Source: Paraspadella gotoi
Taxonomy: Eukaryota; Animalia; Chaetognatha
DNA length: 64,000 nt
NCBI GenBank assembly: GCA_051294375.1
Contig: CM119263.1
Span: forward strand, 9,354,432-9,418,431
Direction: 5' to 3'
The notes beneath the pieces were generated by a model, which saw only the letters and a list, made by a program, of their open reading frames with translations, did no database searches and was not told the origin of the DNA. Each line of letters opens with the position of its first letter. The first letter of the stretch is position 1. Of this stretch, positions 1 to 13,450 are shown in pieces. Both the position numbers and the translations under genes were made by a program.

Positions 1-3000
1 TGTCGTCGTCTTCGTCGTCGTTTTCGTCGTTTATAATATATTGACTCTTTCGTTTCCTTCTTATATTTATTATAAAGTTATAAAGTTATAAAGTTAAAGA
101 ATGAAAATAAAGAAGAAAAAACGATATTTGCAAACCAAAACGCCAAATAAATTATAATAAAAAAGTTGTAGGATCACAAGTGAAAGAAAAGCTAAGGCAA
201 AAACCGTTAAAAAAAAACCCGGTAAAATTGTGTTCTGCTGCTCTGATTGTCTATTCGTCCTAATCTTATCTCTTTTCTCCTTCCTGGGATTTTTTGAAAA
301 GTTTATTTGTTCTTATGCTTTTCTTTTTCCCCATCTTATCTTTCAATTCTCGCCTTCCTCTTTCCCTCCCTCTTCGTCACTCCCATCTCTTTCTCTTCAA
401 TCTCCATCTCCTCTCAGACTTCCTCCCCTCAGCCCCCTCTTCCTCCCTCCCCCTCTCTCTCCTCTCCTCCACTAATTTTCAGCGAACAAAGAAAGTGAAA
501 TTGGTTTATGTCGGCGACTCAGCTTCGAGCGAGAGTCAACCAAAGCAAGAGGCAATAAATATCAACTTTATTGGGAGAGGATCGTTTTTTAATTTGAGAA
601 CAACATGGGCCTCTCTCTCTCTCTCTCTCGCTCTCTCTCTTTCTCTCTCTTTCTCTCTCTCTGTCTCTCTTTCTCACTCTTTTATTTCTTTTTTCCTACG
701 CTACATATTTTTGTGTGAGCGCATGTGCATTTTTCCCGCTCGATAGCTACCCAGTAAGATTTTCACGGGAGTATTATATTAAATACATTTCTAGTTTCTA
801 CAGTTACGAAAATTATTTTTAGACCATATACTTATTTGTTTAAATTTTTTTAAATTCAATATCATTTTCGATTTTAAACGGATAACGGACCGGAGATCAA
901 TGAACCTAAACAAGATGTACAACTGAGGAAAAAAAAACGGGTTAAGATTTTAANNNNNNNNNNNNNNNNNNNNNNNNNATAGAGACGGGATTAAATAGTT
1001 ATTACCGCGGTAAACCGCATGATGAGAATCGTTGGTTGGTTTAGAGAGAGAAGAGAGAGAGAGAGAGAGGAGAGACGAGAGAGAGAGAGAGAGGAGGAGA
1101 TGAGAGAGAGAGAGAAAGAGAGAGAGAGAAGAGAGGGTATGGAAATTCTTTACGAGGAAAACCGCAAGATTAAAATCTTGTAACACCGTTTTTTTTTCCT
1201 CAGTTGTACCCAAATTTTCAATTACCTAGATGAAAGGGTCACGACTCATTTTATTAGGTTCCCTTTTTTTCCTTCCCTTTCTTTCCCTTCTTTTTTTGTC
1301 TGTAGAAGACATGGGATTGATAAACCTGAAAAAACTTGACCGCGAAAGGAACTCTCCAGAGTTCCAAGTGATCGAGTACTATTGCGGTTTTTCTTGATCG
1401 TAATTTATATGTGGAATTAATTTAAAGGATTTTTAAATAAAATAATGATTTTAAATAATATGATTTTGATTTTGGAATATATTTTTGAGTAGACTTTATA
1501 TTTTTTTATTAAAACCTTTTATTTTTAATAAATTTTATTAATAATATAATATTATATAATATAAAAATATAAAGATGATCATTAGTTTTTTGATAAAATA
1601 CTTACTAAAGGTTATTCCTAAATTTTGTGAAGAATAAAATATTAAAAAAATAATATTTAGCAGTACTTACTGAAAATAAATCAAAAACACATATTAAAAC
1701 TTTTAAAAACTAAAAGAAATAAAAAAAAATGATTAAAATTATAATTATATTCCTTCATAACTTTTAGAATTTTTGAGCTCTTTATGGCCTTTTAAATATT
1801 GAAAATTTTCTGACTCATTTAATAGGTTCTTTTTGGTCTTTAAAAGACATTAAAACTGTCATAAACCCTAAAACTTGATCGGAAGGAACTTCTCAAAGCT
1901 TCAAAGAGTAATAGTCCATCCTTATTTTTGCCAAAATTGAAGCTTTGAGAAATGGAATTAAAAATATTTATTTTAAAGTTATTAGATGTTTAGTTATTAG
2001 AAAAGTTATAGTAACTTTTTAGTGGGTGCGAGTGCTTGGGGGAGCAATTTCAAATCATTATTTTTCTAAGTTGGTGGGTAGGTTTGTCGTTTCTGTCAGG
2101 TCTATCGACTTAAATTTTAAATGTTCATAACTCGTTTTATGCTATATAATTTTTAAATAATATTTGATCAGGAATGTGGGATAATATGTATTTATGAAAT
2201 GTTATAGGTCGTGCTTGGCAGGTGATTATATAAAAATTTAATTATATGACTATCTTTTAACTTATAAAATATAAATAGTCAATATTTAAAAAGTGGTGAG
2301 TACTATTAAATGCATACAAGTTAATATAGTCAAAACGTTGTGTTTAATCTTTTTTTTCATTATATTTTTTATATTAATTGGAAAATGAAATTAATTAGCA
2401 ATAAACAATTTTATCAACAATAAAGGTCGGATATATTTTACTCTTGCTTTTTCGAGTCTTCATCAGCGGTTTGGGACTCAACAGATTTTGGGTTTCACAA
2501 ACATGGAGTTTGTTGAGAAGAGAGAGAGAGAGAGGAAAGAAAGTTTTCCAACAAAGAATTAAGAAAAGGATAGATTTGGGAAGACAAGAGAAGGTGAGGA
2601 TAGTGAAGGAGAGAGAGTGAATAAATTGAAACTGGTAAGAGAGAGAGGGAAAAAATTCACTACATTTTGGGCATTTTGCAGCTCTTTTCTTTACTTATTT
2701 TCCCTTACTCTTATCTTATCCTTCCCTAACACTTTATTTTCTGTTTCATTTTTTACTTACATCTCATATCTAACTTATTTACCTTTATATTATTTATTTC
2801 TTTTAGTTTAAAATTAAGTTTGCTTATTTAATTATCTTTGTTGTATATTTGCTTAATATAATAATTTTTTCCCTCTCACTTCTCTCTATCTTCTATCTCT
2901 TTTACTTTAGTTTCAAATTTATTCACTCTCTCTTCTTCCCTATTTCTCACTAACCTATTCCTCATTTTCTGAACCACTATCTTGTTCTTCAGATTCTTTT

Positions 3001-5400
3001 GGTTGGAAGGGAATCTTTTGTGAAACCGAAATCTGTTGAAGTTAAAACCGCCTAAAGAAGATCATAAAAGCTAGAGTCGAAACCTTTTTATTAATAAAAT
3101 CGTTGTTAATGCTGAATAAAAACTTGTTTCTTTTATATCAAAGCCTTTATAAATAAGTTGAACCACATTAATTAAATGCTTCATGCATAATTGCTTCATA
3201 TGTTCTATTGTACTTTGGAAATTTCTTTCCATAAATACGACATAAGACTAACCTGCCAGTTTCATTTACTCATAATTATTACTTTTTTTTATATTAAGAT
3301 TCAATCAACTAGTCATAAGGTTTTTTCCTCAATTTTTTCCCTTTTTTTGTGTTTGACTTAAAGGGAAAGAAGGGTTTTGATTGAATTTGTTCTGAACTGA
3401 ATCAATCATTCTGTTTAAACTATAGTATAATAAACTTGAACTGTAGTTAATAAGTTCTTATTATAAGTTTAACACTAGTTTAGACCTGCCCAATAAAATA
3501 AAAAATGATGCATTCAGCCAGACAATGCAGCAAGCCTTACCATATACTAATTTACTTTCTTACAAACACACCACTCTCATTCAGCGTCATTACTTAAATC
3601 TCCACAAAAGAGTCAAAAATATTCTAAAAGAAGGAAGAAAAGTTTGTTTGCCTACATTTTCCCTAGGAATATAATTTTACATATACTCTTATTTATTTTC
3701 TTTTATTAAATCTATACTAATGCCATACTAATTAAATATAATATTTTCCCCTTAGTTTTATGTTTGATACATATTCACCAAAACATTATTGATCAATGAA
3801 TATATGCAATACTAGGCAATCTAATAAAGAGGCAAAGACCAAGTATGATTTCAAAATTTTTACTTTAATTTTTTATGAAATACTGTTTTAGATTTTTGAA
3901 TCTGTTATAAAAACAATATAAAGTTTAGCAATTTCTTGGAGGAAAACAACTTTACTCATGGCACAAAAGTAAATAAATTTGCGGCCAATTTCCAAACACT
4001 GTTTGATATTTACTAATTTTAACCTTTTTTTTTTTTAGGTTTTTAAAAATTTAATATTGTGTATTTTGGATTTTATTTTAAAATACTGCTAAATATTATT
4101 TTTTTAATATTTATTTCTTCACAAAATTTAGGAATAACTTTTAGCTAAGTATTTTATCAAAAAACTGAATGATCATCTTATTATTTTTATGTTTATATAA
4201 TATTATATTATTAAGTAAAAATTTATTAAAAATAAAAGGCTTTAATAAAAAATATTAAAGTTCAAGCAAAAATTATATTAAAAACCAAATCAAAGTTATT
4301 GATTTAAATAATTTATTTTATTAAAAAATCCTTTAAATTAATTTCACATATAAGATTACGATCAAAGAAACAACCGCAAAAGTACTCGATCACTTGTGAA
4401 ACCTCTGGGAGAGTTCCTTTCCCCGGTCAAGTGTTTCAGGTTATATCCCAGTCCCATGATCCGCATGAAAATAACTACTATATATATTGCGGTACTGAAT
4501 CAGTGGGTGGTTATCTTTGGTTAGGTCTGTATGTTTAACATGAAAATTGAATGAATTATCTATCCTATATGGTTATTAGAATAGATTTATTAACAATTAC
4601 TAGTGAATTATTATGTGTGGTAGACTCCGAGGGAGGAAAAAAATATTGATATGCTAAAAATATAGACCAGCCGTGGAAAAAAGAAAAATTATCGAGGAGA
4701 AAAAATAATGACGACGCACCGTCTCGAACTTCTCTGGAGGAAAAGAGAGAAGACAAAGAGAGAGCTCGAACGAGAGAGAGATTGAGGGAGAGAGAGACAG
4801 AGAATAGAGAAGACGGATCGAGAGAGGACTCGTGGCATGTGTTCGTAAGATTTAAAAAAGGATATCTCAATAAGTTGATATTTATTGTTTTGCTTTGTAT
4901 GGTTGATTTTCTGAGTGACGTAGGAATAAACCATTTCATTTTCTTGTGTGAAATTAAAGTGGAGGTTTTAGGAAGATGAGCAGAAGGGATGGAGGGATGA
5001 AAGAGGCGCGATTTCCAGAGGAAGTCTCGAGAGGAGATGGAGATTTGAAAGTAGGAAGAAAGAAGGATGGGATGAGTAGAGCGGGGAGGAAGGGAAGGGA
5101 GAATTGAAGATAAGATGGGGGGGAAAAGCGAAAGAGCTAAGAACAATAATTTTCAAAAAAAAAAATTTCAGGGGAAAGGAAATAAAAAAAGAGAATAGAT
5201 GACGAATAGAATAAGGCCAAGAAAAATTTAGGTTTTTTTTTAAGTTTGCGTTTCTTGTGATTTACCTTATATATTTTTATTATTGGCGGGTATTTGTTTG
5301 GGCAAAATAAATCTTTTTTTATTTTTTTTAACATAGTAGCTCATAAACTATAAATAATATAGACGAGAAGAGCTGGTCTATATAGTAGAGAGCATTACCG
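1..5400. repeat. noisy ~5.4-kb fold-back (nested inverted matches centred near 2750)
   Basis: Reverse-complement matches at ~100-650 vs ~4820-5330, 1310-1700 vs 4050-4458, 2390-2500 vs 3010-3120 and 2600-2650 vs 2870-2935. Many indels; spans a 25-N gap. Confidence 0.75.
954..978. other. assembly gap (25 N)
   Basis: N run. Confidence 1.
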
Positions 5401-6591
5401 CTCTGTCTGCAAAGTGTTAACGTCTACACCCTCGACGTAGCGCATTAGATAAAGCGCAGCGACAGTGAGATGACTGGAACGACGACGAATTATTTGCCTT
5501 GAAACGAAAATTTGCACACGCTTCGTTCGCTTCGCGAGAAAATGACGGCGGCATTAACGTGTGAGAGAGAGAGAGATGAGAGAGGAGGACTCTCGCTCTT
5601 GCACTCTCTCGCTCTCTCTCTCTCTCTCTATACGTTTTCTTGATCAATCGGTGTCAAAGCGGAAGAAAATTCTCTCAGAAAAAGATATGATATTCGAGGA
5701 GGACGACGAATCCGCGCGAAGGATCTTATCTTCTGACCGCAAGAGGGACGAGACGACGAGTTTCGATTTCCCTTTTGTTGTCGAAGGAATTTCGCGGTTA
5801 GTTCCATCAAATGATATGTTAGGATGACAAATACATTGTGTACAACACCGAGAGAGTATTGCTATCTTGATGTCTTGAAGGAGGGATGGAGGCATTAACC
5901 AATTAACTCATAGCCCGTCCTAAGTCTGACGACAGGATATCTTGTTTATGAAAATAAATAGATATTTTTTTGTGTCAAAATTGTAAAATTCCTATGTAAA
6001 GTTTCACTGATATATAGATATGATAAATAATAAAATTTGAAGTTCCCATAAGAGCTTCGTATATCCTTAGCTTTCATTCATAGGATCCCAAATAAAAATA
6101 TTCAAATGAAACTTTTCCATTCTAAATATAAGCATTTAAATTTTGCCGTATTTTAACTGAAAGGGAATGTATATGTTCATGGCCATGAATAAACGAGCAA
6201 TATTAAAAGTTGTTTTGGGGTAAAGGGTCAATGCTTGGTTCAACGAGCCGGAAAAAATATATAAAAAGTGAATAAAAATACTAGAACGAGAATATTCTTT
6301 TATCTCTCATTTGGTTTTTTGTATATTGGTTTTATTCCTCAATACTTATTCACAGATAAGTTAACCGAGACAGTCAGTAGGACGGACAGGCAGACGTGCA
6401 GATTGAGAGAACTCCAGAAAGACAGGAAAAATTAAAAAAGACATACAAAAAAGTAAAAAGAATTCAGCATTAACTATTAATTATTACGTATTTCCGAATA
6501 CTCCTAAAATACTTATATATCGTCCTTCAAGACTCTCATGAAATAATTTTTAGGCAACAGGCAGATTCGATGTTATTTCGTTGCTAAAGAG

Positions 6592-6651
<60 letters not shown>

Positions 6652-7239
6652 AAAGACGAGGAACAAAAACGAAGATAAAATTCAAACACGATTTGGTGGA
6701 TTAACTGTTTCCTCTGAGATTTTTCTTCGTCGAGCGGATGCGCTTGTCATCCTTCGCCTAAATATTTTTTGGCTAAACATTTACTAAATATAAGTCGTAA
6801 ACTGAAGGAAAAAGACGAACTTTTCTTTTTATTTTTGTGCAAAGTTTAATAATTTTCAGAAATTCACTGGATTTAAAAAAAAAACCGGATTAATGCACAA
6901 AAGAAATAAATGCTAATATAAACGAAAAAAAAACAACCTTGAATTTTCAAAGAAAATAAAAAGAAGAAAAGAAAATCAAAGGAAAATTAAGAAAAGAAAT
7001 AGTAAAAAAAAGGATAAAAGAAAAAAAAAGATTACTTTTCCTTTTTTTTCTTCGTTCCTTCTTGTTACTTCTTTTTTTTTTTGTATTCATGAAAAGAGGA
7101 AAACAATCTAATCCTCTCTCTCTCTTTCTCCCTTTTCTTCTCTTTACTTCTCTTACCGTTAATTTTTTTTCTCGATTTTGTGAGAAAACTTGAAAAATTG
7201 CAAGATTTTCAGTGTTAAGATGACCCTGAGAGAGAGAGA

Positions 7240-7395
7240 NNNNNNNNNNNNNNNNNNNNNNNNNNNNNNNNNNNNNNNNNNNNNNNNNNNNNNNNNNNNN
7301 NNNNNNNNNNNNNNNNNNNNNNNNNNNNNNNNNNNNNNNNNNNNNNNNNNNNNNNNNNNNNNNNNNNNNNNNNNNNNNNNNNNNNNNNNNNNNNN
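7240..7395. other. assembly gap (156 N) inside an (AG)n tract
   Basis: N run. Confidence 1.
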
Positions 7396-8984
7396 AGAGA
7401 GAGAGAGAGAGAGAGAGAGAGATTCTTCCCGCTTCTCTTGGCAGCGTCGCTGTGCAATTAGCTTCAATCGTGGCATTATTCGAAGCAAGAGCCAAGAAAA
7501 AAATTGAAAATAAAGACTAATCTGAGATTTAAAACGTTTTTTTCTCTTTTATAAGTAAGGGAGAAATATTAAAACAAAGTATTTCTAAAACTTAAGAAAA
7601 AAAAAATATATCCGTATACATTCCCGAAAGAAAAAAGAAACCGAATGGCCGAATCAGATTAAATCGATATTTTTTCAAGACCGAAATATTTAAAAAAAAA
7701 AAAATTAAAATAAAACAAAACAAACGAGAAAGAAAAAAAAAGTAAGATCGAAACCGAACGGCCTGATTATTAATACTCCTAGGGGGTGAAAATGGGGGGG
7801 AGGCGAGGGGGGCGTAGGCAAGAAATGCAATCTCCTCTCGAAAAAAAAAATATTGCGGCCAAAATGGAGAAAGGGGGTTTTGCGATCGAAGGGGGAAAAA
7901 AAAAACCTTTAAAAGGTAGGGGGGGAAGGATCGAGGCGAAAATGGCCGATGACCGTATCCGTCACTGCGTTTTTTCTTCGCTTCCCCCCCCCCTCATTGC
8001 AAGAAGCCCCCTCATTCAATCGCTCCCCCTCTCTCTTCTCTTCTTCTCTTAGAGGAAACCGTAAAGGAACGAAAAATGCCAGTCTTTCTCAAAGAATGGC
8101 GAAAAGAATGGCAACGGTCGCGAGAGAGGAAGAAAAAAGAGAAGAGAGAAGAGAGAAGAAATAGGAAGAAAAAGAGGCTGCCAAAAGGAGGGCGAGATTA
8201 CGATCCGCGCTCTGAAATATCGCGCCGTCATTATGCGAGGTCGTTTGGGTCGTCGCCTTCGCCGGCGCTCGTACATCATTGCGACGAATCACGAAACTGG
8301 GAACGGAGCGCCGGTGGAGGAGAAGGGCGCCGATCGAGGAGGGCCTTTCACCGGCGCCGTAAGGAAAAAGACAACTTGCAGTCGATACAATAATTTGCAA
8401 GGAAAGACAATAATAAATACTATTACATACGAAATATTATGAGATTTATCGTCGAATTAGGCGTATGTAGAAGAATAATATCTGAATCTAATTGTTTTGG
8501 ACGCCAATACGGTTATTATATAAATAGCTTTTTTAAAAAAATTGTCATTTTTAAATTCTTTTTAAACGTTTTTCACAGATTCGGCAGAGATTGACGTCAC
8601 CGGCCGATTTCTTTTTTTTATCCTTTTTTAGGCTGTCCGCGTCGGACGAGGACAGCCGCGGCGTGATTGCTCCCGTCCGCTCATCCGGGCACAACTGTCA
8701 CGATTTTATGACTGGAAATTAATAAAATCAAAACGAGGATTCGGTTTCGTCTCAATTTTTTTTTTTTCGGTTCGTCCCAACGATACGTCCTCATCCGAAC
8801 TTACCCGCCCCTTCCAGCTTGGAACATTAAGCCTGCTTCTTCTCACCAAATTTTTCGCGTCTTCTAATCTATCGAAATCTATGCAGCTTTTCCTAAATTG
8901 TTATACATTTCAGTGCTGTTGCTGTACAATGTATCAATGTTTAAATGTTTTTATTCCGGCTTTCTAGTCCTGACCTTTCCTGAC

Positions 8985-9075
8985 CTATAATCTCCAACCT
9001 CTTACCTCAGCCGAGGGCCCACTAGCAAGACTCTACTTACCCAAGACCCCACGCGTCGCAACCCTATCTACCTCA
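8985..9075 (+). promoter_or_regulatory. pair of let-7 complementary sites (candidate post-transcriptional elements)
   Basis: Site A CTATA-atctc-CAACCT-c-TTACCTCA (8985-9009) and site B GCAA-c-CCTA-t-CTACCTCA (9058-9075). Both pair with the let-7 seed and with let-7 nt 10-15. The host transcript is unknown. Confidence 0.55.
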
Positions 9076-9187
9076 CCATTTTCGATTCTCATTCATCTCT
9101 CACCTTTCAGGCTTCATTATGCGATTCCGCCAAAACGGACGCGATAAACATCCGAAAATGCCAGGGAAATTGATTTATTCTAGAGAA

Positions 9188-9222
<35 letters not shown>

Positions 9223-9717
9223 GAAGAGAGAGAGAGAGAGAGAGAGAAGGAGAGAGAGAGAGAGAGAGAGAAGTACTGACCAGAGACTTAGATTACTTTG
9301 CACCGAATGGCAAGATAGAACGAGACGACGGAGAGAGACAGACCAAGAGAATAACTCAACTAAAAACGTGTCCTTATCTCTGCCACCTTCAGACTTTAAA
9401 CTTTGGAGAGAAAAGATTTTTTTTTTCATTAAATTTGTCAGAAGAGAGAAACTCAAAGTCTAGACGGTCTTAGCGAAAACCCGCGAATTTTCGACCAAAA
9501 AGGTTAGTTCGTCCTTTGCCCAACTCCACTAGTAATTAGAATGCACTTTTGTTTCGCTCAGAATCTTTTTGTTTCGGGATATTGCATATATGTATTAGTT
9601 TAAAAGTTGGTAAGTGAGCATTGACAATCATCCGTTTCTCATTCTCTGTTTCACATTCCCTCTTCTCCCTTCCCTTGTCCCTTTAAATTCCCTACATACC
9701 TCCACCGATTTCCCAGT

Positions 9718-9764
<47 letters not shown>

Positions 9765-10260
9765 TCTCTCTCTCTCTCTCCGCAAAGACAAGAGAGAAAC
9801 CGGCGAATTTTTTCTCCCTTTTTTCCCCTTTTTTTTCTATTCTTTCGACTTTTTTTTCTCGCGATGTCTGTGCTCCAGCAGTTGCTAAGTGTTTTCGCAT
9901 GGCAACGCAACTCGTGCCTCCCCTCTTCCTCCTCCTTCGCCTCCCTCCTTTCCAGACATTTTTTACTTTATTTTCTTCCTTTTTTTTTTCCTTTTCTTTT
10001 GCACCAACGCGCCGCGTTGCACTCCAGACGGCGGCATCCGCGTAAAAAAAGCAAGAAGATGAGAGGAGGAGGAGGAGGAGGAGCGAGAGGAGATGGCAGG
10101 GGAGGAACAGATGCTGCTTGCGTTGGCGTCTGCCGCCGCCGGAAGCAGATGCAGCGGCGTGGAGAAGACGCGGCTGCGAGACGAGAACCGGACATCCGCC
10201 GACGAAAGCCAAGACATGAGGTTTTTAGAGAGAACGAGACTCGAGCCGACTGCACGTCTG

Positions 10261-10340
10261 AGTCCCAGTCTGGGTCTCAGTCTGGGTCTCAGTCTGGGTC
10301 TTAGTCTGGGTTTCATCTGGGTCTTAGTCAGGGTCTCGAG
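10261..10340 (+). repeat. 12-bp tandem repeat (AGTCTGGGTCTC)n, ~6 degenerate units; copy at ~24514-24594
   Basis: Visible periodicity. Confidence 0.85.
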
Positions 10341-10573
10341 AGATGTCTTCTTGTTATCAGTCTCGACCTGGTTCGACGTGCCCAGTTTTTTAAGTACCAT
10401 TTCCGAATGAAATAAGGAATCAGTTTTATTTTCGCGCGAAATTGTTAAAATTAGGACAAATGTGGGCAAACAGCATTTCCCAGGCATTTGCACCTCATGC
10501 GTGCAGCCTTTGACCTCGGCCTTCGACTAGGTTTGCGTTTTAGATCGGTTTTTCTGACATCGACGCCCCCTCT

Positions 10574-10648
<75 letters not shown>

Positions 10649-12103
10649 TCTTCTCTAACGTTTCCTATTGTTTTTTCTTTCTCGACGTTCCCAAGAGGTT
10701 ATTCTCTCTGTCTCTCTCACTTTCCGCTGCTTCTTTTTCTTTCTTTCTTCCTGTCTCCTCTTCTGTTTCTCTTTCTCTTCGATAATGTCTTTCCCTCTCC
10801 ACCCTGGGTCTTTCATGTTGTCTTCTTTGTAACCAGTAACCGTATAATTAAAAACTAGCTCAGAATTTTTTTTTCTGGGATTTCAAATTCACATTCAAAA
10901 ATCCATAATGTCATAAAAAAATCAGATTATTCAGTTTAGTAATCCGTGTTGTCTTGTTCTCAACAAAAATACGAATCATGGCTTCAAGTAGAAGATCTTA
11001 CATTTTTTACTCATGGAATACAACCGGGAGGATCTTTAAAAACCTCGGATCTTGGAAAAGAACGGAAAAATCCTAAGGCAGTCACGAAGCAACATAACAA
11101 TTAAGGAAAGTCTTTATTGGCTATAGCATTTAATAAGGCTCGGAAAAAATTAGAGAGAAAACATGGTGAATTTAAGGTTTTTCTTAAAAGAAGGCTTACA
11201 ATATTTATAAATTAAAGTTGCCAAGTACACACTATATGACTAAAAAATATTTGCAGGAATAAGATTTTTTTTTAAAATATTTTTCTTTAAAACTTGGAAA
11301 ATTTAAATCCTACAACGAAATCCTTATCAAATTGACACACATTTTTTTGGTTATCCAAATTCACGAAATAAGGGAAAAAAAATTTTCTAGCGGAAACCAA
11401 GTGACAATTTTGACAGGAAAAAAGAGAAAGAGAGATTTCAATTTTTTTTCAAAACTAGAATAAAATTGGAGAAAAAAAATATTGCTATTATTTCAAATTT
11501 TCTACGTGTGTATTTTGAGTCCGCAACCTGCGAAAGAGACAACGAATAGACCAAGCTGGCCAAGTAATACGACGCTAGGCAGATCACACTTGGCACACTA
11601 TGCACTCGGCAGAAGCATATTCCATACACGAGCGAAAAAAGTTGAGTACAACGACCCGAAATTGATTGTGTTAAAAGTGAGACCGACGCACTCGTCAATG
11701 GGAAACCCCTGAAAAAAAAAAACCATGGACTCAGAGGAGAGAGAAAAAAAGGAAGGAAAAAATTGAAGCATAAAAACCTCGTTTTTTTTTTAAAAAAAGG
11801 GATGACAATGCTTGTTGTGTTCGGTTTTTTCAACCCTACGGCTCGAGTCAAAATTCAGCCCCGGGGCGAAACTCAACTTTTTTTTACCGCTTCTCTCAAA
11901 TTAAAAAGAAAAAAAAAGAAAAAAAAAACCAGCGAGAGGGGCGGCCGGAGGATACGGGGGTGATTGGGTACACCGATCTTCTAATGGTGGCTGACAGAGG
12001 TAGCCCGTGATGGAATAGGTTTCGTGCATAGTGGCGGGCTAGTGAGTGGCTAAACTACTATACATAAAGAAAAGAAAACCAAAGAAAGAAAGAGAGGAAG
12101 AGA

Positions 12104-12104
<1 letters not shown>

Positions 12105-12173
<69 letters not shown>

Positions 12174-12200
12174 AGAAAGAGAAGAAAGAAAGAAAGAAAG
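12105..12200 (+). repeat. (AAAG)n microsatellite
   Basis: Direct reading; inverted copy at ~22610-22705. Confidence 0.9.
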
Positions 12201-12999
12201 AAACAGACAGAAAGAGAAACTAAAGACTACAAAACTATGAAACTACTAGACTACTGACTGGCAAATAACTTCTTACTTTGTTTCATCGCGTGAAGAATTA
12301 TTTTCTCCCGATTCAGATCCGTTTGCATGAACATTGAACAAGGATTTGAGTTTGTTCGATAATGTCAGTAAATTTGTTTGTTCTTTATTTTTTGAGATGT
12401 TTCAGCGACGATTGGTGACTTCCGAGGCTTCGATTTGCTTTTTCTTTTCTCTTTATTAATTATTTTTCGTTTTATATGTCATTTTTGGAAAGAGTCGAGC
12501 GTTGAATTTTTTTAAAAAATAATGATTTGAGTTGAGAGAGGAAATCGTTCCGGACGAGACGAAGGGCGGGCGCGGGACTAAAACGCGGACGCCGGTTCGA
12601 TCGTCGTCATCCTCGTCGCTGGTCAGAGCCACGATGGTCCACGGCGTCGTCGTCTTGGTCGTCGTGTCGTCGCAGACCGACGACGACGGCGTGGTCCTCG
12701 ACTTCTTCGTCGTCGTCGTCGTCGACGTCGTGATACTGACGGAGAATCGCTAAGACTGTCGGGAAGAAAAAAAAAATTTAACATAAAATTAAAGTACATT
12801 CAAACTTTGAGTTTATATTTATTTTTAAAAAGAAAAAGGATTTCGAAGGAGAAAATAACGGATACAATTTGTCGGTCGAAATTTCCTTTTTTTTTTCTTT
12901 TACTGCAGAAAAATTTCTTCGACCGAATATGTTTTTTTAGTTATATTTTCTGATGTTTCTCATCCTTTCGCGAGAGAGATAAAAAAACATAGAAAAATT

Positions 13000-13074
<75 letters not shown>

Positions 13075-13273
13075 CAGACAATTTTATTACTTAGTTTTCG
13101 AGCCCAACCGACCCGGCGTTTTTTTTTTTTCTATAAATTTTTCTCTTTTTTTATAGAATTATTTTTGATCATAGATTTTTTAAAAAAATATCTGTTTCGC
13201 TCAGTCATCGTCTTCATTCAATCTCCCCCCTCTTCATCATCCTCCACGCCTCCACCCTTCTCGGCGAGCACGT

Positions 13274-13314
<41 letters not shown>

Positions 13315-13404
13315 TCTCTTCTCTCTCTCTCTCCCCCTCTTCTCTCTCTCTATCCAGACAAAATAATTTGCAGACGCTAGAATCTCTCTCTCTCTTCTCT
13401 CTCT

Positions 13405-13450
<46 letters not shown>

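Noticed and set aside
11530-11710. Possible minus-strand exon after TTTTTCAG (GFPIDECVGLTFNTINFGSLYSTFFARVWNMLLPSA*)
   Set aside because: Short, no recognisable homology, and no partner exon identified; insufficient support to call.
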